Position numbers and translations under genes: made by a program. A DNA stretch of 64,000 nucleotides, taken from Flavobacteriales bacterium (lineage in GTDB: Bacteria > Bacteroidota > Bacteroidia > Flavobacteriales_F > PHOS-HE28). Positions 49,501 through 58,012 of this stretch are shown one piece after another. How positions within the stretch are numbered: position 1 is the stretch's first letter; each line of letters opens with the position of its first letter. Below the pieces are notes generated by a model, which saw only the letters and a program-made list of their open reading frames with translations, did no database searches and was not told where the DNA came from. The DNA lies in contig JAEUTA010000031.1 of assembly GCA_016788205.1 (NCBI GenBank), positions 42,576 to 106,575 on the forward strand, read 5' to 3'.

Positions 49501-49709
49501 TAGACCGCCTCACACCCATTCTTATGACGGCACTTACCGCAGCGCTGGCATTGATACCGCTCGCACTCGCCAGCCAGGATCCCGGTAACGAGATCCAAAG
49601 TCCCATGGCCAAGGTCATCCTCGGAGGCCTGCTCAGCAGCACCCTGCTCAACATGTTCATCATTCCCATCGTGTACCACATGGTGCGCGGCCAACGCAGA
49701 ACGCAATGA
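46590..49709 (+). CDS. Heavy-metal efflux RND pump, CusA/CzcA family.
   Basis: 1039 aa with 12 TM helices and two large periplasmic loops in the RND/HME architecture. Start overlaps the adaptor stop as ATGA. Confidence 0.9.
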   Translation: MTPTNMLNAIIRYALHDRSVVLSLAILLLIWGAITARHMDVDVFPDLTAPTVVVMTESHGMAPEEVERLVTFPLESAVNGAAGVRRVRSSSATGFSLIWVEFEWGTPIPLARQTVTEKLATVAGLLPNGVSEPVLAPQASIMGEIMLVALTMDSTATGSVQERMDLRTLAEWQLRPRLQSISGVANVIIMGGLNKQYQIQADPLRMKRYGVKLEQLVQAAKSSNMNAAGSYVVQHGQEYIVRGTARTADPDEIGDVVVRDTPEGPVRIADVAEVLIGSSDRIGDAALDGSPAVVLTISKQPSTNTLELTERLDATLEQLRQALPAGVNLHTDIFRQSDFIAASINNVQRSLVEGSIFVVIVLLVFLMNWRSTIISLLAIPLSLLVSVLVLEWLGFTINTMSLGGMAIAIGALVDDAIIDVDNVLKRLRENVRLPAETRRPALTVIFDASTEIRASILNATLIIIAAFVPLFFLSGMEGRMLTPLGVSFIVALFASLVVAITVTPVLCHLLLTNERQLARHSEGGWVVRNLKRSYEHALQGALRLRKTLIAGTVLLFVASMVLFSMLGRSFLPEFNEGSLVIAAVSMPGISMDQSNALGDRVERILLSIPEVRGVTRRTGRAERDEHTQGSNSSELEVPFTLGERGRDAFLTDVRAKLAEVSGVNITIGQPIGHRLDHMLSGTRANIAIKLFGPDLSDLYAQANRIRTVIDGTPGVVDLSVEQQIDIPQIRIDARRGMLARYGIPTNHFTQFVDVAIAGEKMGEVYEGERRFDLVLRYAPRYRDGLEPIQDLPMDANIGAVPLSAVADVRSTSGPSTINRENVQRRIVISANVAGRDLRSVVEEIQQRIGTEVDLLPGYHLEYGGQFESEEAASRTLTITSLLALGVIFLLLYQEFKNARLAGIILLNLPLALIGGVLAVWIAGGTLSIPAIIGFITLFGVATRNGILLVSHYRHLEEAGESVEHAVIHGSVDRLTPILMTALTAALALIPLALASQDPGNEIQSPMAKVILGGLLSSTLLNMFIIPIVYHMVRGQRRTQ

Positions 49710-50929
49710 AACACGACACGAGCGCAAGGTGCGGCACGGTACCGCCGCATCGGATCATCACGCCGGTGTTCCTGATCCTCTTCGCCCTAGGCCTGCGTGC
49801 ACAAACAAGCACCATGGCCGCTGTACTGGACCAGGTTCGAGCCAACAACAAGGAGCTGCTTGCGAGCGCTCAAAGGCTCGAAGCACAGCACGTTCAGGAA
49901 CGCACCGGGCTATCCCTCCCCGACCCCACGTTGGAGTATGATTGGATGAACGGTCGCCCAGCCGCCACGGCAGGCGTACAACATGATCTGACCATTGCCC
50001 AGGTCTTCGAGTTCCCAACGGCGTATGCAGCACGGCGCACAATGGCCGAACTGAAGAACGATCAGCACGACCAAGAGAACATAGCCGTGCGACGTGACGT
50101 ACTCCTGGACGCCCAGCGCACTTGTATCTCCCTTGTTCATGCCAACAAGCGCGCAGGGCTCTTGCAGCGCCGTGCCGACTTCGCTTCGCGTTTCGTCGCT
50201 GGCTTGCGCATCCGGTTCGAACGGGGAGCAGCTACCGTGCTGGACCTGCGCCGCGCTGAAATGATGGAAGCGGGGATCATCGCCGATGTTCGTTCAGCGG
50301 AAATGGAACGTACGGCCTTGGAACAGCATTTAATGGAGTTGAACGGCGGTATCGGCATCGTTTTCGCGGATACCATCTACCCCCCGCTGGACATGCTACC
50401 GTCTTTCGAACAGGTGGAGGCCTCGATGGAAGCCGTGGACCCGGACCTGCTGATCCTGAATGCGCAGGCCGCAGTGAGCGCTCAGCAGGAACGGCTATAC
50501 AGGGCCACGGGGCTTCCCCAGTTCGAAGTGGGCTATCGTTACCAGGGCATCCTCGGTGCCACCTACCATGGCACACATGCCGGCCTGGTGGTTCCCTTGT
50601 GGAGCAACCGCAATAAGGTGAGGCAGCAGAAGCGATGGTCCGAAGCATACTCCTTGCTCACCGAAGAACATCGCGTAAAACACTTCTACGAGGCCCGCCA
50701 CCTATACGACCGTGCCATGGAGTTGCAGAACATCACCGCGGCTTTCGTGCAACGTGCACAAGCGGACGATAGTGAGCTGCTGCTCGAGCGCTCCTTCAGC
50801 GCAGGCCAGATCAGCGTACTGGAATACCAGATGGAATCGTTGCTGATACAGCAGAATCGCGAGCGAGCTCTTGCGCTGGAACGCGACCACCGCCTTGCCG
50901 TGGCCGATGTATTAAGCTACTTACTTTGA
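49706..50929 (+). CDS. TolC-family outer membrane efflux factor.
   Basis: A signal peptide, then two repeats of the OEP helical/beta pattern. Start overlaps the pump stop as ATGA. Confidence 0.8.
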   Translation: MKHDTSARCGTVPPHRIITPVFLILFALGLRAQTSTMAAVLDQVRANNKELLASAQRLEAQHVQERTGLSLPDPTLEYDWMNGRPAATAGVQHDLTIAQVFEFPTAYAARRTMAELKNDQHDQENIAVRRDVLLDAQRTCISLVHANKRAGLLQRRADFASRFVAGLRIRFERGAATVLDLRRAEMMEAGIIADVRSAEMERTALEQHLMELNGGIGIVFADTIYPPLDMLPSFEQVEASMEAVDPDLLILNAQAAVSAQQERLYRATGLPQFEVGYRYQGILGATYHGTHAGLVVPLWSNRNKVRQQKRWSEAYSLLTEEHRVKHFYEARHLYDRAMELQNITAAFVQRAQADDSELLLERSFSAGQISVLEYQMESLLIQQNRERALALERDHRLAVADVLSYLL

Positions 50930-50945
50930 ATTCAACGGTGAGCGA

Positions 50946-50986
50946 GAACGCAATGAACCCCGACCAGCAGCCGGGGTTCATTGCGT
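50946..50986. terminator. Strong hairpin between convergent genes, a putative bidirectional terminator.
   Basis: A perfect 16 bp inverted repeat, AACGCAATGAACCCCG / CGGGGTTCATTGCGTT, with a 9-nt loop. It lies between the TolC stop (50929) and the tricorn stop (51002). There is no obvious U-tract. Confidence 0.5.
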
Positions 50987-51001
50987 TCAAATGAGTGCGT
51001 T

Positions 51002-54000
51002 CTACCTCATCAGCACCTTCACCGCCTCTTCCAGTTGCTGGTCGCGGCCCTGGCTCACGGCGCCGGGGTCAAGCGCTTGTTTCACATCGGGCTCCAGTTG
51101 CTGGTTCTCCAGGTACTGGCCGTTGTTGTCGATCATGCCCACCTGCGGTATGCCGAACCACATGTTGTTCTGCAGACCTTCCCACCACACGGCGGTACCG
51201 GTGCCCGCAACAGGCATGCCCACGAGCTTACCGATGCCCATGGCGCGGTAGGTCACCGGGAACATGTGCGCATCGCTGTAGTTGCCTTCGCTCATCACCA
51301 CCACGCTCGGCTTCTGCCACTTGAACTGCGGCTCGGTGCCCAGCTTCTGGCCGCGTGGCTCCATGCGCATATAGGTCTTGCCGTTGAGGAAAGTGGCCAG
51401 GTCATCGTGCAACCAGCCGCCGCCGTTGAAGCGCGTATCCACCACCAAGCCCTTCTTGTTGTGGTAGCGGCCCAGTGCTTCTTCGTACACCACACGGAAG
51501 CTCTGATCGTCCATGCCCTGCACGTGTACGTAGCCGAGTTGTCCGCCGCTGAGGCTGTCCACCAGGTGACGGCTATTCTCCACCCACCGCTTGTAGAGCA
51601 TGTCGCCTTGTTCCCACCAGGTGATCGGCTTCACCGTTTCCACCCAGCGTGTGTTCGTCTTGGTATCGAGAATGCCGAGCAACATGGGTTTGCCGGCCTT
51701 GCGGTTGAAGTAGCGTGCGGGATCCACATTGGCTTCGATCACCTGCCCATCGACCTGTTCGATGACATGACCGGCTTTGATCTTCGACCCCTTCTTGATC
51801 ACGGGGCTCTTCTCCAGGATCTCGGCGATCTTCAAGCCCGGACCGGCATCGTTGGTGTAGAGCAGGCCGAGGCAAGCTGTCTCGTCGCCATTCGGGACTT
51901 CATCGCCACCATAACCCGCACCGGTGTGGCTTGCGTTGAGTTCACCAAGCAGCTCGCTGCACAGTTCGGCCATGTCGTGGTTGTTGTTGATGTGCGGCAG
52001 GTAGCGCTGGTATTCGGCCTTGTACTTGTCCCAGTCCACACCCTGGATGTCCACGCGGTAGAACTTCTTCTTCACCTGGCGCCAGATGTGCTCGTAGAGG
52101 TAGGCGCGTTCGGCCCCTTCATTCAGCAGCATGTCGCCGTTGATGCCCACGCCCTTGTTCTCGTTCTTCTCGGTGTCGTAGTAGCTGATGCTGCCGTTGG
52201 AGATGTAGAAGAGCTTCTTGCCCTCCTTGTCCAGCATGAGGCCACCGGCCCAGCCGTCACCCATCTTGTTGAGGATCTTGGTCTCGCGCGTGCGCACCTC
52301 GTACTGCCACAGATCGGTGCCTTTCTCGAAAGCGGCGAAGTACCACACCTTCTCGCCGTCCTTGCTCAACACAGCACCGCTGAGGAAGCTGGAATTCGGC
52401 GTCAGGCGCAGGCGACGTTCCTGCAGGCCTTCCAATTCGATGGTGATGGGTTTCACCGGCTTGTCCTTCTCCTCGTCCTCCTTCTTCTTTTTGTCCTCCT
52501 TCTCTTTCTTCTTCTTCTCCTCTTCGGTCAGTTCCTCGTCGTCACCATCCTTCTTGTCCTCATCCTCTTTCGCCAGAGCGGCTTCCTCCTTGTTCAGTTT
52601 GAACTTGTCGTAGGCTTCCTGCGTGAGGAAGAAGGCATAGGCATCGCCTTGACCGCCCCAGCTCGCGTGGTTCTTCATGCCGTCGCGATCGCTCGTGTAC
52701 ACGATGGCCTTGCCGTCCATGGCCCAGCGTGGGCCGTAGCCACCGTAGCCGCTACGGGTAAGGTCAACGATGGGTTCCGTGCCGGTGGCCTTTACGATAC
52801 CCACCTGGCCGATCCATTGCTGCTCGTGCAGGAAATTCACTACGAACCACTTGCTATCCGGGCTCCACTCATACCACTGGTCTCCATCGGAGTAGCTGTA
52901 ATTCTTGTCGGCGGCCATTACCGTGCGCGTCTGTTTGCTCGCCAGGTTGAGCACTTTCAACGTGGTGCGCTCCTCCAAATACGCCACCTCCTTTCCATCG
53001 GGGGAATAGAACGGCTGGAACTCTTCCGCCGGTGTGTTCAGCAATGCTTCCTCCTTCAGCACCGTACCATTGAAGAAGTACTTCTCTTCCTTGCGTGTGA
53101 GGCTTGTGGTGTAAAGGTCCCAGCTGCCGTTGCGCTCGGTGGCGTAGAGGATGCTGCGGCCATCGGGACTGAAGCTGACGTTGCGCTCCTGTTCGGGCGT
53201 GTTGGTGATGCGGCGTGTGGTGCCTTCGGCCACGGAGGACACGAACACTTCGCCACGATGGACGAAGACCACTTCCTTGCCGTTGCTGCTCACCTCGTAC
53301 TCGCTGGCGTTGTTCACGCTGATGATCTTCTCCGGATTGTAGCGCCCATCGTTGTTGATGCGGATGGCCACCTTCTTCGGTTCAGCACCGTCGGTCATGG
53401 TGTAGAGCTCACCGCGGTAACTGAAACAGAGGGTGCCATTGTCGCTCATGCTCAGGTAACGCACCGGGTGATCGGTCAAGCGGCTCACCTGCGTGCTGGC
53501 ACCGCCCGTCGCGGGCATCTTGTACACGTTGAAGGAGCCGTTCTGCTCGCTGAGGTAGTAGAGGGTGTTGCCATCCTTGCTCCACACCGGGCTGCGGTCC
53601 TCTCCGGCGAAGGTGCTGAGCTGCTTGTAGGCCTTGGTCGCTGTATCGTAGGTCCAGATGTCGCGGGTTACGCTGCTGGTGTGGTGCTTGCGCAGCGGGT
53701 CTTCGTAACCCTTGCGGTCTTGGAAGGCGAGGATGGTGCCTTCGGGGTTGTAGCGTGCGTTCTGCATGGCGATGGTGCTCAGCTGCATGGGGCGGCCACC
53801 TTTCGCGGGCACTGTATAGAGTTCACCGAAACCACCCACGGGGAACTGCTGGTGCTTCACGTCATCCTGGCGTGTGCCGTAGAAGATCACGTTCGCATCA
53901 TCGCGTGTGAAGTCCGTGGGGATCTCGCCATTGCTGTGGAAGGTGAGGCGCGTGGGTGCACCGCCCATGGCACCCATCACGAACACGTCGGCCCCACCGT

Positions 54001-54244
54001 AACGCGTGCTGGCGAAGGCGATGCTGCGGCCGTCATGGCTCCAGACCGGGGCATAATCGTATGCATCGTTCGTGGTCAGGGGGGTGGCATCACCACCGGC
54101 GGTGGGCACCCGCCAGATATCGCCCTGGTAGCAGAAGGCGATGGTGGTACCATCCGGGCTGATGGCCGAACTGCGCAGCCAAAGCGGTTCGTTCTGTGCG
54201 GATGCTTCGACCGCCAGCAAGGCGAGCAGCGGAAGTGCGCGTTT
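51002..54244 (-). CDS. Tricorn protease homolog: an S41-family peptidase with beta-propeller and PDZ domains.
   Basis: Signal peptide MKRALPLLALLAVEASAQ. Tandem WD40/TolB-like propeller segments. A PDZ plus S41 catalytic region (VDTRFNGGGW...). It contains a KE-rich low-complexity insert. Confidence 0.85.
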   Translation of the reverse strand, partial: KRALPLLALLAVEASAQNEPLWLRSSAISPDGTTIAFCYQGDIWRVPTAGGDATPLTTNDAYDYAPVWSHDGRSIAFASTRYGGADVFVMGAMGGAPTRLTFHSNGEIPTDFTRDDANVIFYGTRQDDVKHQQFPVGGFGELYTVPAKGGRPMQLSTIAMQNARYNPEGTILAFQDRKGYEDPLRKHHTSSVTRDIWTYDTATKAYKQLSTFAGEDRSPVWSKDGNTLYYLSEQNGSFNVYKMPATGGASTQVSRLTDHPVRYLSMSDNGTLCFSYRGELYTMTDGAEPKKVAIRINNDGRYNPEKIISVNNASEYEVSSNGKEVVFVHRGEVFVSSVAEGTTRRITNTPEQERNVSFSPDGRSILYATERNGSWDLYTTSLTRKEEKYFFNGTVLKEEALLNTPAEEFQPFYSPDGKEVAYLEERTTLKVLNLASKQTRTVMAADKNYSYSDGDQWYEWSPDSKWFVVNFLHEQQWIGQVGIVKATGTEPIVDLTRSGYGGYGPRWAMDGKAIVYTSDRDGMKNHASWGGQGDAYAFFLTQEAYDKFKLNKEEAALAKEDEDKKDGDDEELTEEEKKKKEKEDKKKKEDEEKDKPVKPITIELEGLQERRLRLTPNSSFLSGAVLSKDGEKVWYFAAFEKGTDLWQYEVRTRETKILNKMGDGWAGGLMLDKEGKKLFYISNGSISYYDTEKNENKGVGINGDMLLNEGAERAYLYEHIWRQVKKKFYRVDIQGVDWDKYKAEYQRYLPHINNNHDMAELCSELLGELNASHTGAGYGGDEVPNGDETACLGLLYTNDAGPGLKIAEILEKSPVIKKGSKIKAGHVIEQVDGQVIEANVDPARYFNRKAGKPMLLGILDTKTNTRWVETVKPITWWEQGDMLYKRWVENSRHLVDSLSGGQLGYVHVQGMDDQSFRVVYEEALGRYHNKKGLVVDTRFNGGGWLHDDLATFLNGKTYMRMEPRGQKLGTEPQFKWQKPSVVVMSEGNYSDAHMFPVTYRAMGIGKLVGMPVAGTGTAVWWEGLQNNMWFGIPQVGMIDNNGQYLENQQLEPDVKQALDPGAVSQGRDQQLEEAVKVLMR

Positions 54245-54396
54245 CATGTGGTTCTTCATGGTCGGGCAAAACTATTCGTCCCCGGCGCGTGCCCATCCCG
54301 GGACGAGCGGTTGACCTATTCCAGCCGACCCAATGGGAAAAGACGGCGTCCACGAGCGCCCTTGGACGGGCATATGCGGGTAGTCATCACCAGTGA

Positions 54397-55404
54397 TCAA
54401 TGCGTTACTACGACCCGTGCTGTTCGCGCTTCGCCCTTGCCGTGAAAACGCAAGGTGTAGGCCCCGGCAGGAAGGTCGCCCAGATCCACTTCGGCGCGTT
54501 CGGTCGTGTTCTGTGGCAGCGAGCGCACCACGCGTCCGTCCACGGTCTGCACCAATAGGATACCGGAACCCCCATGCTCCACGGTCAAGATGCCAGTAGT
54601 GGGATTGGGATACACTGGCATTCCCCGTTCGCGCAATGGCTCGGCCAAGCTCACCAGAGCAGCATCGTCCAGGATCTGTCCGCTACGAGTGATACCCCCT
54701 TGTGCGTTGATATAAGTAGTGAAGTGCAGCAAAGGATATGGGATACCCGGCGCGTACCAATCGTTGACCACTGTGATCACCGAGTCCGTGCCGTCGGGTG
54801 CGGCGGCCGCAGCCTTGCGCATGGTGAGCAATCGCACATCGTGGAAGGTGCCGAAGGAAAGCTCCAGCGTACCCGTGGCCGCCAGCGACACCACGGAACT
54901 GCCACAGAATTGTGCGGACCCTCCAACGTTCGTGGACGTGTAGCAGAACGAACCCGTGCGCTGGTCGCCAAGCTCAAGGGGATATGCGTGCAACAAAGCG
55001 CCGGGCTGATACACCGTGGAGGTGGCACTGCCCAATGTGCCAAGGTCCAGGCACTCGTGGTCCTTCACGTCGTAGAAAACAAAGCTGGTGGAAGAGCCAT
55101 TATCCGGCACGGTCCGCACCGCACGGTCTGCATCAGCATAGACGGCACTCCCCGCTATGGGCTCGGGTTCTAGAACGGTGTGCGTGGTGCCGAACAGGTC
55201 GTTGCCCACCACGTCGCTGTAAGGCCACACCATATCGTGCGAGAGCGGTATCTCCGGTGGCAGTGCTTGCAACGCACGCATGTGCCAGCTGGCGCCCACG
55301 GCCGGGAGTACATCAGCCTGTACAAGACTTTGCGCCACAACGATGCGTGACCCAAGGGCAAGAGCGACAAGCAGGAAAGTGGAATGGATGGCGGTGCGTT
55401 CCAT
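54397..55404 (-). CDS. Hypothetical secreted protein with a T9SS C-terminal sorting domain.
   Basis: A signal peptide (FLLVALALGSRIVVAQS) and a CTD (VYPNPTTGILTVEHGG...GAYTLRFHGKGEARTARVVV). The passenger domain was not recognised. Confidence 0.65.
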   Translation of the reverse strand: MERTAIHSTFLLVALALGSRIVVAQSLVQADVLPAVGASWHMRALQALPPEIPLSHDMVWPYSDVVGNDLFGTTHTVLEPEPIAGSAVYADADRAVRTVPDNGSSTSFVFYDVKDHECLDLGTLGSATSTVYQPGALLHAYPLELGDQRTGSFCYTSTNVGGSAQFCGSSVVSLAATGTLELSFGTFHDVRLLTMRKAAAAAPDGTDSVITVVNDWYAPGIPYPLLHFTTYINAQGGITRSGQILDDAALVSLAEPLRERGMPVYPNPTTGILTVEHGGSGILLVQTVDGRVVRSLPQNTTERAEVDLGDLPAGAYTLRFHGKGEARTARVVVTH

Positions 55405-55554
55405 GGCGTTCGGTGCAGTGGAGGTGGTTGTTCCCGTGCAGGAGCAAACCTACCGGCAGCCCTAGGGGGACGGGCCATCCGTTGAACACCAGCACAACCG
55501 TTGAGCGCCACATCCGCACCACCCATCACGCCCGTCAAGGACGGACGGTTGAGC

Positions 55555-56577
55555 CTATGATGACCACCTTACCACCAGCTTGCCCATGGTGGCACCTCCG
55601 GCCAAGTCGGCCATTGCGCGCGGCAGTTCAGCAGCGCTGTATTCGCCGTGCACATGTGGGGAAAGGTGATGCTTCGCACATGCCTCCACCGTGCTACGAA
55701 GGCATTCCGCAATGTCCTGCGGGCGATCCTCCGCGATACGCAGCATGTTCAATCCCAGTATCGAACGGCTCTTCATCATCAGCAGAATGGGCACCACGAT
55801 CCCCATGCGCCACACGAACCGAAGCGTACCCAACGGCCCCAAGGCCCCACGCTCGGCACCTCCGAAAAGCACGATGCGCCCTCCGCTACCGAGCGATCGC
55901 ATGTCCTGCTTGAACGACGCCCCACCAACAGCATTGAAGACCACATCCAGCGGAGCTCCCCGTAGCGCTTGTTCGAGTTGCGCACGGTGATCGCCCTGCG
56001 CTCGATCGAAGACATGCTTTGCCCCGATGGAACGTACATAGTCCACCTTAGCGCTTCCGCTCGCCACGGCGTAGACCTCGCAACCCGCTCGCATGGCCAA
56101 CTGCACCAGTAGATGACCAACACCACCAGCTGCGCTATGTATCAGCACACGTTGCCCTTCGCGCAGCGGACAGAGCAGGTGCGTTGCGTACCAAGCGGTG
56201 CAGCCTTGGGTGGCCAGCGCAGCTGCGGTGCCAAGGGGCATGCCCTCCGGAATGCCGCATACAGCGCGATGGTCGGTCACTGCGAATTGGGCATATCCAC
56301 CGAAACGCGTCATGCCCACCACCCGTTGGCCGAGCAGTTCACTGGGGGCGCCCGGACCTAGACCCCGCACGCGGCCCACCACTTCGTAGCCCAGTACACT
56401 GGGCGTAGGCGGCGCTTCGCGGTAAAGACCCTTGCTCGCCATCACGTCAGCATAATTGATGCCGAAGCCTTCGCATTCAATGAGCACTTCACCGTCTTTG
56501 GGCTCGGGCGTTGCATGCTCGCACAAAGCGAATACCCGATGCGGGTCTCCGTGGGCGGTGAGCGTCCAGGCTTTCAC
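55555..56577 (-). CDS. Zinc-binding / quinone oxidoreductase-like medium-chain dehydrogenase (MDR superfamily).
   Basis: GEVLIECEGFGINYADV and an HSAAGGVGHLLVQLA Rossmann motif. Confidence 0.8.
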   Translation of the reverse strand: MKAWTLTAHGDPHRVFALCEHATPEPKDGEVLIECEGFGINYADVMASKGLYREAPPTPSVLGYEVVGRVRGLGPGAPSELLGQRVVGMTRFGGYAQFAVTDHRAVCGIPEGMPLGTAAALATQGCTAWYATHLLCPLREGQRVLIHSAAGGVGHLLVQLAMRAGCEVYAVASGSAKVDYVRSIGAKHVFDRAQGDHRAQLEQALRGAPLDVVFNAVGGASFKQDMRSLGSGGRIVLFGGAERGALGPLGTLRFVWRMGIVVPILLMMKSRSILGLNMLRIAEDRPQDIAECLRSTVEACAKHHLSPHVHGEYSAAELPRAMADLAGGATMGKLVVRWSS

Positions 56578-57164
56578 GGGTTACCGGTAAGGCCGGCCTC
56601 GAAGTCCACAACGCACTGGCGCACGGGGTCCATGCCTTCCTGCGCTCCTATGCAAGAGAACAGCGGCTCCAATGCCGGATACTCCGTGCGGAAACGACCA
56701 CTCACCGTCTTGGTATCACCTTCCTTGAAGACGGCCGGAACGATGGGGCTGCGGATGTCCTTGCTCAGGTACGAGGCGTACCCCACATCGAACGTGCCCA
56801 ACTCCGCATCCTCGCGTTGCATGTACAGGTGCGCGAATCCATTCTCGTAGTAGCATACGTTGCCCTCCACCATCAGCCGCACGGGGATCGGCCCTTCGTC
56901 GTTGATACGGAAAAGCACTCCCTTGTACATGAACCCCCAGATATCCTTGCACTTGACCTTGCGCTTCACACCGTCCTTTTCGAACAGCAGGGTCCACTGA
57001 CCCATGTTGGGGTAGAGATCCACGAATTCCCCAACAGGTTCGCCCAAGGGAAGGAAGGGGTCCGCTGTGCGATGCTTCAGGTACACGTCTGCATCAGGGT
57101 AGATATAGGCCTGGGCCTTAACCACTTCCACAAACGATAGCCCCCCCATTGCGACGAGGGCCAT
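56574..57164 (-). CDS. Hypothetical secreted protein.
   Basis: A signal-like N-terminus (MALVAMGGLSFVEVVKAQA). No family recognised. Overlaps the oxidoreductase start by 4 nt. Confidence 0.45.
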   Translation of the reverse strand: MALVAMGGLSFVEVVKAQAYIYPDADVYLKHRTADPFLPLGEPVGEFVDLYPNMGQWTLLFEKDGVKRKVKCKDIWGFMYKGVLFRINDEGPIPVRLMVEGNVCYYENGFAHLYMQREDAELGTFDVGYASYLSKDIRSPIVPAVFKEGDTKTVSGRFRTEYPALEPLFSCIGAQEGMDPVRQCVVDFEAGLTGNP

Positions 57165-57241
57165 CTTCCGAAGGAATGCGGTTATCAACAGCATCTTGTT
57201 GACAAAGTAAATGCAGAAGACGATCCGCCCGACGACCCCGG

Positions 57242-57955
57242 TCAGGCAACATCCATGCCTTCGTCATAACCCGCATCGCAACCGCCGACCACGAGCACGA
57301 ACTCACCGCGCGGCTCTTTGGCGGTGTAGTGCTTCACCAATTCGGTCAGCGTTCCGCGCACGGTCTCTTCGTGCAGCTTGCTCAATTCGCGCGACGCGCT
57401 GGCGCGACGCTCACCGCCGAACACCTCGGAGAGATCCGTCAATGTGCGCACGATGCGGTGCGGACTTTCGTAGAGTACGATCGTGCGCTCTTCCTTCTTC
57501 AATTGCTCCAGTCGCGTGCGTCGTCCCTTCTTCACCGGAAGGAAGCCTTCGAACACGAAGCGCTCGCTAGGCAGGCCGCTGTTCACCAGGGCAGGCACGA
57601 AGGCGGTGGCACCGGGTAGGCTTTCCACGCTCACCCCACCTTTCAAGGCGGCGCGCACCAACAGGAACCCCGGATCACTGATCGCCGGTGTGCCCGCGTC
57701 ACTGACCAAAGCGAAGCGTTCGCCGTTGAATAGGCGTTGCACAAGCTGCTCCACCATGCGGTGCTCGTTGTGCGCATGGAACGGGATCAAGGGACGACTG
57801 ATGCCCAAGTGTTGGAGCAAACGGCCGGTTACGCGCGTGTCCTCCGCGATCACCGCATCCACCTCCGCAAGCACCTTCAGTGCACGCAAGGTGATGTCGT
57901 CCAGGTTGCCGATGGGTGTGGGGACGAGTGTGAGCGCGGAGCGAGTGGCGGACAT
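57242..57955 (-). CDS. rsmI: 16S rRNA (cytidine1402-2'-O)-methyltransferase RsmI.
   Basis: LTLVPTPIGNLDDITLRALKVL...VIAEDTR...VSDAGTPAISDPG are hallmark RsmI/tetrapyrrole-methylase-like motifs. Confidence 0.9.
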   Translation of the reverse strand: MSATRSALTLVPTPIGNLDDITLRALKVLAEVDAVIAEDTRVTGRLLQHLGISRPLIPFHAHNEHRMVEQLVQRLFNGERFALVSDAGTPAISDPGFLLVRAALKGGVSVESLPGATAFVPALVNSGLPSERFVFEGFLPVKKGRRTRLEQLKKEERTIVLYESPHRIVRTLTDLSEVFGGERRASASRELSKLHEETVRGTLTELVKHYTAKEPRGEFVLVVGGCDAGYDEGMDVA

Positions 57956-58012
57956 CGGAGCGCAATTAGCGGATGTGCGAATCAGCGAATGGCCATCCGA
58001 ACCATGGAGCGC

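Noticed and set aside
50981-54445. An 1154 aa plus-strand ORF, the longest in the track.
   Set aside because: It is antisense to the tricorn protease homolog (51002-54244, minus), which has a signal peptide, propeller, PDZ and S41 motifs. The plus-strand translation has none.
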